Shown: positions 12,381 to 24,456 of the stretch, in pieces | Layout: each line of letters opens with the position of its first letter | Numbering within the stretch: the stretch's first letter is position 1 | Origin: Octopus vulgaris | Taxonomy: Eukaryota | Reading direction: 5' to 3' | NCBI GenBank assembly: GCA_951406725.2 | Contig: OX597820.1 | Coordinates: 76,756,001 to 76,820,000 of the forward strand | DNA length: 64,000 bases | Made by a program: the position numbers and the translations under genes | Notes under the pieces: model-generated | What the model was told of the DNA's origin: nothing | Database searches by the model: none | The model's input: the letters and a program-made list of their open reading frames with translations, nothing else

Positions 12381-12844
12381 CTGTCCAATTTATTCCTTCG
12401 GAGGTTCCACTGGCTTTAGTAATATATAAATATTTTCGTCTTGAGTGTTGTCTGTGTAATTTGAAGGCCCATCATGACCAAAACGAACGACACGTGATGT
12501 TCTAAAAGAAGAAAATATAACGTGACCTACAAAAAAAAAATGAACGTACAGAGGAGAACATTTCGAAATGGTGATGTAATAATTGAAATAATGGTGTGGT
12601 TTTTGCGACGCCTGCTATCGTAGTCAGAACTAGCAATCTCGCTTGCCGCAGAAAGATTTATAGAAATGATTTGCTTATGGGTGATCTTAATTTGGCAAAT
12701 GAAGAGATATCCAAAGGTTTTGCAGTGCAGAAATCTTGCAACGCATAGATAGATCTATGCATATGGTTTGTCGAATAGACACTTGGAGTATCGACAGAGT
12801 GAAATGATTCCTTCCCGTAAGTAAATTAACCTCTCAGTGCTAGA

Positions 12845-13002
12845 GTGCAAGAGTGGCTGTGTGGTAAGAGGCTTGCTTCCCAACCAGGTGGTTCCGGGTT
12901 CAAACCCACTGCGTGGCACCTTAGGTGACTGTCTTCTACTAAAGCCTCGATCCGACCAAAGCCCTGTGAGTGAATTTGTCAGATGGAAACTGATAGAAGC
13001 CC

Positions 13003-13046
<44 letters not shown>

Positions 13047-13290
13047 CTGTGTGTGTGTCTGTGTGTGTGTGTGTGTGTGTATGTGTGTCAGTGTTTTTTC
13101 CTCCACCATCGCTTGAAAACTGATGTGGGTGTGTTTACGTCCCCGTAACTAAGCGGTTCGGCAAAGGAGACCGATGGCATAAGTACTAGGCTTATAACGA
13201 ATAAGTCCTGGGGGGATTTGTTCGATTAAACCTGGTGCTCCAGCGTGGCCACAGTCAAACGAATGAAACAAGTAAAATAATAAAAGAATA
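12845..13290 (+). mobile_element. SINE family B, full length (tRNA head, CORE-like gtggcaccttaggtga, internal TA/TG microsatellite)
   Basis: gagtggctgtgtggtaag...gggttcaaaccc head; 3' half shared with many copies. Confidence 0.85.
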
Positions 13291-13621
13291 TAACATAGAA
13301 AGAAATTTACACGTCATCAAAAACTGACCACCTGCACGGAGAACAGCGAAAGCTAAGAAGCGTAAGGCGCAGAGAAAACAGCAACGGAACTCTTTGTTTA
13401 GTAAATGAATTTTGACTGAGAGATGGAGGAAGGTGCCTAATTTGACTAACTTAATGAGATTGGATTTACAAGGAACTATTTCAGTACAAATAATTATTTC
13501 GCGACAGAAGCAGTATTGATAACGAAACGTAATATTTATCTACACTTAAAAGTGGATGTTTTGTTAGAATACGCAATACTACAATACGAGAATTTCTCAT
13601 ATAGGCTTTCACTGAATATAT

Positions 13622-13830
13622 ATTTCTTTATTGCCCACAAGGGGCTAAACATAGAGAGGACAAACAAGAAGAGATAAAAGGATTAAGTCGATTACATCGA
13701 CCAAGGTGCGTAACTGGTACTTAATTTATCGACCCCGAAACGATGAAAGGCAAAGTCGACCTCGGCGGTATTTGAACTCAGAACGCAACCGCAGACGAAA
13801 TACAGCTACGCATTTCGCCCGGCGTGCTAA
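13622..13830 (-). mobile_element. SINE family A monomer
   Basis: Reverse complement of 1606-1830. Confidence 0.85.
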
Positions 13831-15188
13831 GCGCTCTTCATATCACACTAGCTATGTAAACAAGAGGGCCATTCGCGACACCAGTGCCTAATTATAACCT
13901 GTCATTCTATGTATTTCGCTGCTATCTCCAGCAGAAGAGCGTCAACCACTGACAAGACCAGTGAAATCGCGTAATTTGGTAGTCTCAGTGTTGGTGATAT
14001 TGGGTGATTTATCTCCCGTCCGTGATGTAAACAAGAGTAGTTATATGCACCGAAAGCCCATACCAGTAATTGTCTCATGGTAACTACCGCAGTATTCTGT
14101 GTTCTAACGCATCTACATTGTGGTTCGGACAAATAATTTTCATGATAAACATTTGTTATCTCTGTGTATTTATCCTACAATAAATAAAATAGCATTGGTT
14201 ACTTTATTATATTTAATATTACAATATTACATAGATTTTTGTAAAAATAACATTAATGCTTTTACTTGAATTTCTCTTCTTGAAATACATCTAAGCTTCA
14301 TAAAAAATTATATTAGATAATATTTGGAATAGAGGAATGGCCGTCTTTAATGGAAATTCACTGATAGAAATACATACGTTCCATTATCATCCATCAGTCT
14401 TCTTTATCCAAGTTTTAATATGGCAGATTATTTTCCAGAAGCAATTGCATTTTCTCTTTTAATACCGATGGTATTTTGCTGCTATTGGATTAGAAAATTT
14501 CTTTTGACAATATGAATTACATGCTTAGAATTCTACAGTGTGGAGGGAATCTCTAGGTGACCGGAATGACTTCAGAAAAGTATCTTTACTGATTGTAAAG
14601 GACTGTCATTATTTTCAATATATATTCCTTATTGGTCAATGGATATTTTTATGATGTTCAGATGCATCTAGTGTGGTATCCTACATGATGGCATAATTTC
14701 GTATGTTGTGTGTGAAACTTCAACAGTAATACTTGTCCACCTACAGGCTATTGAGCATCAAATTTATTTTTCTTTCAAATATATAGCAAACTCTATTAAG
14801 TGGACTGATACAATAATACTCTATCCAATGTTACAAACAAAACAGAGCACAATATATAAAATTCTGGCGAGTAATTCAACAGGAAGGTTCTAAAGAATTC
14901 AAATATATGTAACTGTATTCATTCACAGCGAATTGGCTGTGTGAATGAAATATTAGATTTCCTAGTCATTCAGTGCATAAATTTATTGCCGATAAAGCAG
15001 TTATATGATTTTCAGCAACAAGTGATTTTATGGATAATGCCTTAATTTACGCACCTCTGGGGAAAACGTTCAATACATTTCTCTCAAGGAAACGAGCGCA
15101 AATAACTGGATATGTATGTATATATGTATGTATATGTACATATATAAAGATACTTATAAATAGATATATAAATATGAATATATAAATA

Positions 15189-15221
<33 letters not shown>

Positions 15222-15225
<4 letters not shown>

Positions 15226-15450
15226 AAGGTTTATGAAAATAAATAAAAGACGAAGGCAGGTTTACGAAAATAAACAAAAGACGAAGGCAGGTGGAGTACA
15301 AACAAATAAGGTATTAGTATGGCGCTCAGAAATAGAAATAAAACAAATCTTTTGCGTTTCGAGCCTACGCTCTTCGACAGAAAGATACACAGAAAAGAAA
15401 CAAGGAGAGAAACAATTGCGTGTAGGGGCTAACGATTCAACATGGCGCTC

Positions 15451-15452
<2 letters not shown>
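15222..15452 (-). mobile_element. PLE pLTR-like short repeat with variant hammerhead at 15347-15386
   Basis: Between (TA)n tracts; minus strand atcttt CTGTCGAA gagc gtag gctc GAAA cg CA aaagat. Confidence 0.6.
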
Positions 15453-15509
<57 letters not shown>

Positions 15510-17373
15510 GCCCACACAAAGAAATACATGCATAGAACTGTAGCCATCTAATTACAATGTTTTATTCATACGAACACTACCTAACGACAGAAGACTTTGT
15601 CACAAGATACAATACCGGCATTCTGATATACTTCTTAACTTGGGTAGCAGATATATATATATCATGGTGCCAAACAATAGAAGTTGAAACTTCCAGAAAT
15701 ATCACCCTCCCCATCGACGCTTTTACGATCTGCAATAATACTGATGGCAAATTGTACACCAAAAACAAAAATATTAAGGATAACAAGCGTAATTATAACG
15801 ACTGGCTAATAATCCCCTTCGCGACACAACTAAAAACCAATATATTTAAATCTATAACGAGCCTTGTAAATAAGCACTTTCATAATGAATACGAAATACT
15901 CAGAAACCTTCAGTAATAAAATTAGAATAGGCCATAGCCTAAACTAATAACCTTGCTAGTATTATAGCATCCATTAACAATAAAAAGCTAGACTCCTTCT
16001 CAAAAACTAGGAAAAATAACAATAATAACCGCAACAACCAATCGATTGATATAATAAGCGACCCCCCAAATAACTCGCCCTCTAATAATACGGACAACCC
16101 CCTTATAAACAGTATACCCTCTCACCATATTATAAGTACAGATAACCTTACTAATCTATGGGGTTGCAGAAATAAAAATACTTCTGAATTCATGAATAAA
16201 TGTAAAACTAAGAATGTAATAAACCTACGTGATGTATTCTCCATTAATTACAAGAATACTTGTATAGGAGCAACTAACAATGAAATGAAACTTAGATATA
16301 ATTACCATCTCTCAAGCTTCAGGAATAGAAATAAGGCTAACTCGACAGGATTAAGCAGTTATATCTGGGAACTTAAAGATAAAAACATTAATTATAGATT
16401 AGAATGGTGCATCCTTGCCAAAACATCTTCATACAACCTTAAAAATAAACGCTGTATTTATGCAAAAATGAGAAATTCTTCATATTAATGGCCAAATCAG
16501 AATTGCTTAATAAACGAGACAAGCAAAACTAGCATGCTTACATAAAGATAAATTCTTCTCCGTTAATACCTAACTTATATTACTGTTTATTAGCTGATTG
16601 GTCTAACCTCTGATTTCCTCCTATTGACCCTCCCTCTTACCACATTGCACGACATAATATCATAAACCACAATAATATTCAATTTACTTCGATTAACTAA
16701 AGTCATTGATTTTAGATGCAAGATGTACACCTGGAGCTACAATTTTCTTTAATGTATTCTCATTAAAGTTGTGATCACTGGCTAACATACTAATTGCTAG
16801 TGCTGCCATTAACACATATACGATTAATCGAGCGATTTACCCTATTCTACACGAGTTGATCTGTTTTAATTATATTAACGAGTAGTATACCCTGAACACA
16901 TATAACAACACTTTATTTATTGTACCTATTTACGTAAACTAGATTTATATACAGTATATCGCACTTAAACTTTTAAGAGCGTTCCAAATTTCCTTTTTTT
17001 TTTGTTTTTCTTTCTTCGTTTCCTTTTCTTTTTCCTTTTTTCCTGTCAACATTCCATCTCCTGTCAATATTCCTCTGGTAAAGTTCAAATCATTCTGATG
17101 GTGCTTGATATATGGAACGAGATAAACACAAGTTTATCCCCAAAATAACAAACTGTAACTGTTATCTCAACTATAAACTACTATCATTCAATACTAATGA
17201 TCAACTTCTAATTGTTACACGTTGCTCCATTTCTTCTCGTATCTTATCAGGGTTTACCCTGGAATTAGCAACTACTGTTAACCTCACAGCAAGGCCAAAT
17301 CTTATTTAGATAATGCACCAGGAGAGCATACGGATACATGTATCCCTTAGACGGTTGCATAAATTCTCTCTCT

Positions 17374-17375
<2 letters not shown>
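15510..17375 (+). mobile_element. 5'-truncated, decayed Penelope-like element (GIY-YIG endonuclease region plus 3' UTR/pLTR)
   Basis: WLIIPFATQLKTNIFKSITSLVNKHF (15557-15916) and CKTKNVI...CIGATNNEMKLRYNYH...TGLSSYIWELKD...W.IL (16192-16488) align with the 19492-20199 protein; frameshifted; bounded by (TA)n. Confidence 0.85.
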
Positions 17376-17456
<81 letters not shown>

Positions 17457-17571
17457 TACATATACATATATATATATACATATATATACATATATATATA
17501 TACATATACATATATATATGTACATATACATATATATATACATATTCATATACATATATATATACATATAC

Positions 17572-17606
<35 letters not shown>

Positions 17607-17634
17607 CAATATATATATATACATATATATATAC

Positions 17635-17702
<68 letters not shown>

Positions 17703-17704
17703 TT

Positions 17705-17762
<58 letters not shown>

Positions 17763-17860
17763 CATATATATATACATACATATACATACATATATATATA
17801 TACATACATATACATACATAGGTCCATACATATATACCTGTGTGTGTGTGTGCGTGTATA
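17376..17860. repeat. (TA)n/(TACA)n compound microsatellite
   Basis: Direct inspection. Confidence 0.95.
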
Positions 17861-17866
17861 TGTGTT

Positions 17867-18235
17867 TGGACGTGTAATGGCCCAGTGGTTAATGTAGCAG
17901 ACTCGCAGCCGCAGTATCGCGGTTGCGATTCCCAGATAGGGCGTTATGAGTGTTTATTGAGCGAAAGCACATGAAAAGCTCCACGAGACTCGGGTGAGCC
18001 CTGCTTTACTCTTTCACCACAACTTTCTCTCACTCTTTCTTCCTATTTCTCTTGTACCTCTATTTCAAAAGGGCAGCCTTGTCACAGTATGTGTCATGCT
18101 GAATCTCCCCGAGAACTATGTTAAGGGTACACCTGTCTGAGAGCTCAGCCACTTACACGTTAATTTTAACGAGCAAGCTGCTCCGTTGATCGGATCAACT
18201 GGAAACCTCGTCGTCGTAACCGACAGAGTGTCACG
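17867..18235 (+). mobile_element. SINE family D
   Basis: aatggcccagtggttaa head, tail shared with family C; homologous to 42738-43118. Confidence 0.85.
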
Positions 18236-18353
18236 ATATATATATATATACCGGAGTAAACACATAAATGTGAAACAAGGTGGAAAATAGAGTACTCAAA
18301 TACCAGTGGTAGAGTAATATGCTTTATTTAAGCAGCAGAAAATTCAACAAAAT

Positions 18354-18391
18354 CTGTTACTCTGAGTTTCTCGTTGCCGTTCATCAGACAG
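18354..18391 (-). ncRNA. Minimal type I hammerhead ribozyme motif (PLE pLTR)
   Basis: Minus strand ctgt CTGATGA a cg gcaa cg a GAAA ctc a gag TA acag. Confidence 0.65.
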
Positions 18392-19491
18392 TTTTTGCTA
18401 GAATGGAACCGATATATCAATTCAATCTAGACTCTTACAAACGCTACACCTTTAAAAAGAAATGGACTTGTTTGATTGGCCCTTTAGAAAAAAACGGTCA
18501 ATCTTCGAGCGATAAACAAAAAGGTCAAAAAATATATGTATATATATATAAAAAAACACTTATAAAAAAATTATAAAATCCGAAGAAAAAACCTTACATT
18601 GAATAAAATACATATTGACGTTAATGAAGAAAGTATAAATTAATTCATAGAAATTAAACCTGTTATAAATATTACACTGCAATACATATTTTTCTTAAAA
18701 TGTGCATATATATATCAACATACACAAAAGGATGCGCGCAAACGCCATACATATACAGACGTATGAATATAAATCTAAATATACACATAAATGCATGTGT
18801 ATATATATTCACGCAAACCATCTCGCACACAAGTTAAAAATGATCTATGTAGCGATTCTCATATACTGAGTAAGGGGGGGGGGACGAAAGAAAGGAAGAG
18901 AGAGAAAAAAGGAACGAAGGAGGGGTGGGGAAAAAAACGAAATAAGAAAAAAGAAAAAATTATGTATATAAGCTGTGTAACGTCATTATTGGCATATATG
19001 GAGACAAGTATAAACACAAGTTCGAATGGATACATACACATACAGTCGTGTATATGTGTGCTTAAGCACAAACATACTCTCACTTACACATACACAGATA
19101 CGCATGCTTACAAATACATATCTTCGGCTATACACATACTTACATCAACATTCTAATTTTGACAACATTGCTTTTTTTAAAAAAAACATTGCTTTTTTTT
19201 AAAAGAATTGGTGCATTAATAAAAATATATACGAAAGACATAAAATAAAATATAACACCCTATTTTGGATCATTTATAAATAATCAAGGTAATATAAATA
19301 ATCAAGGTAATCCTATACAATACAATAACATGAAAACAAAGTCGCAGGCTTTTCCTGATGTATATGTAGAAACATAAGACTTTGCTATACGGATTAAGAT
19401 CCGCATAGCTTGGAAACAAAATCCATCGTAGCGCTCATCGTTCAAGAGTCAAAATCAAAATTTCAAAAATCAAAAATACAAAATATTTACT

Positions 19492-20199
19492 CTATCCATA
19501 TGGTATATTTATATTCGACATTTTAAATTTAGCCGCGTGCCTACATAAGTTCATTAACTCACTTCTTTGATTCAAAGAATTATTGTCTTTGAATAAGATG
19601 TACATTTTTTCTAATAGACAAAGTTTGCACTTGAAATTATTTTTGTATGCTCCATGCCTGCATGGTGCCGCCCTGTCCAGAATGCTCCATGTCACGTTGA
19701 AAGGTGGGGCTTCCTTTTCTTTTAGTTCCCAGACATATTTTGCTAGGCTGGTCCTCTTCCTATTCTCTGGGTATTTAAATGAATTTTTATGAGAATAAAA
19801 TCTTGTTTTAAATGAATTTTCTGAAGCCCCTGTGTATGTCTTGTATTCTGATGAGCCTTCCACTTGCACCTTGGCTCTATAAACTACTCCTTTCACTAGA
19901 CATTTCCCTTCTAACGGACAGGAGCTTTCGTTTTTGAAATTGCATTTCTTAATGGGCTCGGCACCATGTCTAATCTCAATTAGCTTCCTATTATGTTGGC
20001 TAATGTAAGAGGCGAAATTTCTGCAACAAGAATAGCTAACCTTCAGGGTTCTTCTATTAAATATCCTATAGAATTTATGACCCTGCTTAAAATGCTTAGA
20101 GACTAAACTCAAAAATTCCTTACCTATATTAGTCTTTACGGCCAAATTGAAAGCCAAATATACACATGCATTTATGTGTATATTTAGATTTATATTCAT
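19492..20199 (-). CDS. Penelope-type GIY-YIG endonuclease (C-terminal part of PLE polyprotein; first ~14 codons come from the inverted pLTR)
   Basis: Uninterrupted 235-aa frame with FN..VKTNIGK.FL, CPL.GKC, VVY...YTG (GIY-YIG equivalent), conserved R, CxLC..E and LN.RSE...CRH motifs. Confidence 0.8.
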   Translation of the reverse strand: MNINLNIHINACVYLAFNLAVKTNIGKEFLSLVSKHFKQGHKFYRIFNRRTLKVSYSCCRNFASYISQHNRKLIEIRHGAEPIKKCNFKNESSCPLEGKCLVKGVVYRAKVQVEGSSEYKTYTGASENSFKTRFYSHKNSFKYPENRKRTSLAKYVWELKEKEAPPFNVTWSILDRAAPCRHGAYKNNFKCKLCLLEKMYILFKDNNSLNQRSELMNLCRHAAKFKMSNINIPYG

Positions 20200-20572
20200 A
20201 CGTCTGTATATGTATGGCGTTTGCGCGCATCCTTTTGTGTATGTTGATATATATATGCACTTTTTAAGAAAAATATGTATTGCAGTGTAATATTTATAAC
20301 AGGTTTAATTTCTATGAATTAATTTATACTTTCTTCATTAACGTCAATATGTATTTTATTCAATGTAAGGATTTTTCTTCGGATTTTATAATTTTTTTAT
20401 AAGTGTTTTTTTTTATATATATATACATATATTTTTTGACCTTTTTGTTTATCGCTCGAAGATTGACCGTTTTTTTCTAAAGGGCCAATCAAACAAGTCC
20501 ATTTCTTTTTAAAGGTGTAGCGTTTGTAAGAGTCTAGATTAAATTGATATATCGGTTCCATTCTAGCAAAAA

Positions 20573-20610
20573 CTGTCTGATGAACGGCAACGAGAAACTC
20601 AGAGTAACAG
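20573..20610 (+). ncRNA. Minimal type I hammerhead ribozyme motif (inverted pLTR copy)
   Basis: ctgt CTGATGA acggcaacga GAAA ctcagag TA acag; stem I ctgt/acag, GUA cleavage triplet. Confidence 0.65.
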
Positions 20611-20642
20611 ATTTTGTTGAATTTTCTGCTGCTTAAAATAAA

Positions 20643-20722
<80 letters not shown>

Positions 20723-21059
20723 TTGCCTGTGTGTGTGTGTGTGTGTATTTATACACACACATATACATACATATTAGTGTTACAAAGAAATTGTGAAGTA
20801 GTTTTGCCTCGGAGATGTGATATTGTTTCCGGTATTGCCACATAACAAACAGTTATTTTACTGAACTACCAAGAGTAAATACGAAATACGGAAATTTAGA
20901 GAGGCGCAGATGTGCTCACATATGAAATTGATTTTGTTTATGATATTACTTGTTAGAAATGTGGATACATAAATATAAATTCAAGTTTTGGTTATGTAGT
21001 TTGTTTCGTCTTCATCAATTCAATTTTAGTAATAACCTTTTAGAAGACTTCGTTTATAC

Positions 21060-21252
21060 TGTAATATTTATGAGCAGTTTGTAAATCTAGTTGGTTAATG
21101 TTGTTTAAAATGTCCTATTTTTGTTATTAAACTATAGTTTCTATATTTAATTACAATATACTCTTCTCTTCTGAACACTATAAAACCATAAGCTTCTATA
21201 AAATTGAATCCATAATTCTGGTTTCATTCAATTATGATGTAAATATTAGACG
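21060..21252 (+). repeat. Diverged local direct duplication, partner 24663-24823
   Basis: Shared aaatctagttggttaat and tgaatccataattctggtt.cattca.ttatgatgtaaat blocks. Confidence 0.75.
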
Positions 21253-21774
21253 ATTAATAGAGTTGAGCAAATTTATAAACCATGCACAAAATTATTTCTT
21301 CTAAAAATTAAACCTCGTAAGGAAATCAATAGTCATTTCTCAACATTAAGTGAAAGAGTTGTCTATTCAGTTATTGAAACATGAATTATTGTGGTAAATT
21401 GTGACCAAAATAAATAAATGTTCTACTGAATAGTTGCTATTTAGGTCATGAATCATTCGTCGATTTTATTACATTCTTCAGTGGTGTTTTCGTTATTTAA
21501 CCCCAGACTCGACCTCATTCGGTCCAACGATTTCAGCCACGACAATCTCGTGACAAATCTTCATAGGACTAATGTTTCACGCACTAAATTATGAAATGTT
21601 TTTACACCGTATTTTTGAATATGCGTGCCTTGTCGCTTTTAAGATTGCAATGGTGAATGACCACCTAAGAGGGATCTCCCTTTCAGTAAATGCAAATAGG
21701 GATCGTAGAATAAATACGCATGAGGTTATGCCTTTGTGAATAACATTTTCGTCTTCATCTATTAAATTTTCTTT

Positions 21775-22000
21775 TTTTTTCCTTTATAGTTGTTTCTGTC
21801 GTTTGACTGCGGCCATGCTGGAGCACTGCATTGAAGTGTCTTGGTAGAAGAAAAAGACGCCAGGACTTATTTTTTAAGCCTAGTACTTATTCCAGTCGTC
21901 TCTTTAGCCGAACTGCTACGTAACGGGGACGTAAACACACCAACACCAGTCGTCAAGCAGTGATAAGTGTACAAACACAGAAAAAAGACACACACATACA
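21775..22000 (-). mobile_element. SINE family B, 3' half
   Basis: tttgactgcggccatgctggagcac...gacgtaaacacaccaacacc. Confidence 0.8.
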
Positions 22001-22409
22001 CACACTCTCGTTTATCCATGCAGCGCCATGTACAACTTGTAGTAAAAAAGCCACCCCTTGAATATTATGTACGACTCTCATCCTCTTTTCCTTGCCTTTC
22101 TCCCTTATTCTTTTTCTTCTATCTCTCTCTCTTTTTCTGTTTTTCTGCCCTTCTATCTCTGTCTATCCCTTTCCAACTTTCCTTTTATTTGCTTCCTCAC
22201 TTATACCTTTTCTTTCCCCCTCCCTCTCCTTCTCTGGTCCCCCGTTATTTCTTTCCCCTCTCTCCTATTCCTTAGTCCCAATGCACTCTTCAACTCATCT
22301 CTTTGCGCTAGCTTACTTCACTCGTCTGAAAGACCCTGTGTGCTTTGTTTTATTGTAAATGTATTAATATTCTCCTTTCGTTGTAAAGCCGAAGGCGGTT
22401 TGTCCATTG

Positions 22410-22621
22410 TATTACTCTTTACTCTTTTAATTGTTTCAGTCATTTGACTGCGGCCATGCTGCAGCACCGCCTTTAGTCGAGCAAATCGACCCCGGGACTT
22501 ATTCTTTGTAAGCCCAGTACTTATTCTACCGTCTCTTTTGCCGAACCGCTAAGTGACGGCGACGTAAACACACCAGCATCGGTTGTCAAGCAATGCTAGG
22601 GAGACAAACATAGACACACAA

Positions 22622-22702
<81 letters not shown>

Positions 22703-22872
22703 CATATATACGACAGGCTTCTTTCAGTTTCCGTCTACCAAATCCACTCACAAGGCATTGGTCGGCCCGGGGCTATAGTAGAAGACACTTGCCCAAGATG
22801 CCACGCAGTGGGACTGAACACGGAACCATGTGGTTGGTTAGCAAGCTACTTACCACACAGCCACTCCTACGC
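22410..22872 (-). mobile_element. SINE family B, full length, young
   Basis: Near-identical to 52686-53010 and 61345-61510. Confidence 0.9.
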
Positions 22873-23014
22873 ATAATTCTATTGCATTTGTTACGTTCGT
22901 CCGATAGCCGAAAGACTCTTACTGTTGATTACTTATTTGTATTTGAATATGTACATTCGTTATCCTAAACTCCGAAGATTAATGCTTTTAGCTTAAGTCT
23001 CTGGACCAGCCGGT

Positions 23015-23077
23015 TTCGAGTAGTATCGAAGTGAAGTGAGGCGAAACTAATTGAACATTCCAGACTTCGACTGAAGA
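23015..23077 (+). ncRNA. Candidate non-circularly permuted hammerhead ribozyme (copy 1)
   Basis: ttcgagtag TA tcgaagt ... GAAA ctaattgaa ... acttcga CTGAAGA; stems I and III pair, but core strands are in reversed order. Confidence 0.55.
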
Positions 23078-23284
23078 GGCAATTGGCTGCGAATGATCCG
23101 TGTTTTTTGTTTTGTCTCATTTGTCGTTGTTGCGCTATCGTCCTTGTTGCCGCATGTTTTTTTCTGTTCGACCTTTGATATATATATACAGAGGAGTCCA
23201 GTGTAATCCATAGGAAGGAGAGGTGCAGCTGAAGTGTAGAATCCGTAGAAGTTCGGGTGTGATGAGAGGAGACAGGATCAACTT

Positions 23285-23475
23285 CGCCATGATAGATCGC
23301 TAGCCACTACACATTCTTTCTTTTCTCTCCTTGCTTCTTTCTGTGCTCCTTTCTGTGGAAGAGCGTAGGCTCGAAACGTTAGAGACATTTTCACTTCTCA
23401 AGCGTTATACTTATACATCTGTTTGTTGTCTACACCACCTGTCTTCGTCTTTTGTTTTTTGTGAATTCTCCCTAT
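23285..23475 (+). mobile_element. PLE pLTR-like short repeat with variant hammerhead at 23349-23384
   Basis: cttt CTGTGGAA gagc gtag gctc GAAA cg TT agag. Confidence 0.6.
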
Positions 23476-23478
23476 ATG

Positions 23479-23523
<45 letters not shown>

Positions 23524-23531
<8 letters not shown>

Positions 23532-24237
23532 ATATTTCGGAATGGTCATTTTGCCAGTTTAGTCAATAAAGACACACGCACTATATATTTGGTGTTATTT
23601 TGCTTCAGTGTTACTTATTTTTTACATTAATCTTAATCTTATTTCGGCCAGAGTTCTTTCGTCACACTCCTGTGACCGCATCAGTGATCCTTTGTTTTCT
23701 TCTTTCTTATTTGTGTCTCTCCTTACTAACCGTCAGCCATTTTGTATTTCTGTTGTATGTCTTCATTTGCGCATGCTTATATCTCTATGTGCGTCTATGT
23801 TTATTTAGTGTGTGTATGTGGGGGGATGCCTGTAATATTTGTATCTTCTGTTTATATACGTTCATGTAATTTGTATTTTGTTTTTGTTGTTGTTTTTGAA
23901 CGTATATAAACAGAAGATACAAATATTACAGACATCCCCCCACATACACACACTAAATAAACATAGACGCACATAGAGATATAAGCATGCGCAAATGAAG
24001 ACATAGAATAGAAATACAAAATGGCTGACGGTTAGTAAGGAGAGACACAAATAAGAAAGAAGAAAACAAAGGACCACTGAAGCGGTCATAGGAGTGTGAC
24101 GAAAGAACTCTAGCCAAAATAAGATTAAAATTAATGTAAAAAATAAATAACACTGATGCAAAATAACACCAAATATATAGTGCGTGTGTTTTTATATGCT
24201 AAACTGGCAAAATGACCTTTCCGAAATATAACAATAT
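23524..24237. repeat. ~340-bp-arm inverted repeat (23524-23864 / 23897-24237), probably inverted PLE pLTRs
   Basis: Arms are reverse complements with few substitutions, 32-nt spacer; each has a hammerhead-like motif; embedded in (TA)n. Confidence 0.9.
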
Positions 24238-24291
24238 CTGTTTCAACACACGACTTCACATAAAAAAATCTTTGACAACAGATATTTAAAC

Positions 24292-24364
<73 letters not shown>

Positions 24365-24401
24365 TTGTTGTCAAGATACTGAATATGACCATTCGAAATA
24401 T

Positions 24402-24456
<55 letters not shown>

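Larger units (their letters stand above)
18250..20648 (-). mobile_element. Penelope-like retroelement, 5'-truncated with inverted pLTR
   Basis: ~490-bp near-identical inverted repeat (18317-18804 vs 20158-20648) around a GIY-YIG ORF; (TA)n on both flanks; hammerhead motif in each arm. Confidence 0.9.

Noticed and set aside
14336-14770. Coding-looking composition
   Set aside because: Short frames only on both strands; no recognisable domain.
17311-17362. Expected hammerhead in the 3' end of the 15510-17375 Penelope copy
   Set aside because: Only atgca/tgcat pairing and a caggaga remnant; no GAAA core.
23600-24161. Pair of similar 89/99-aa hydrophobic ORFs on opposite strands
   Set aside because: They are the two arms of the inverted repeat read through T-rich sequence, not genes.
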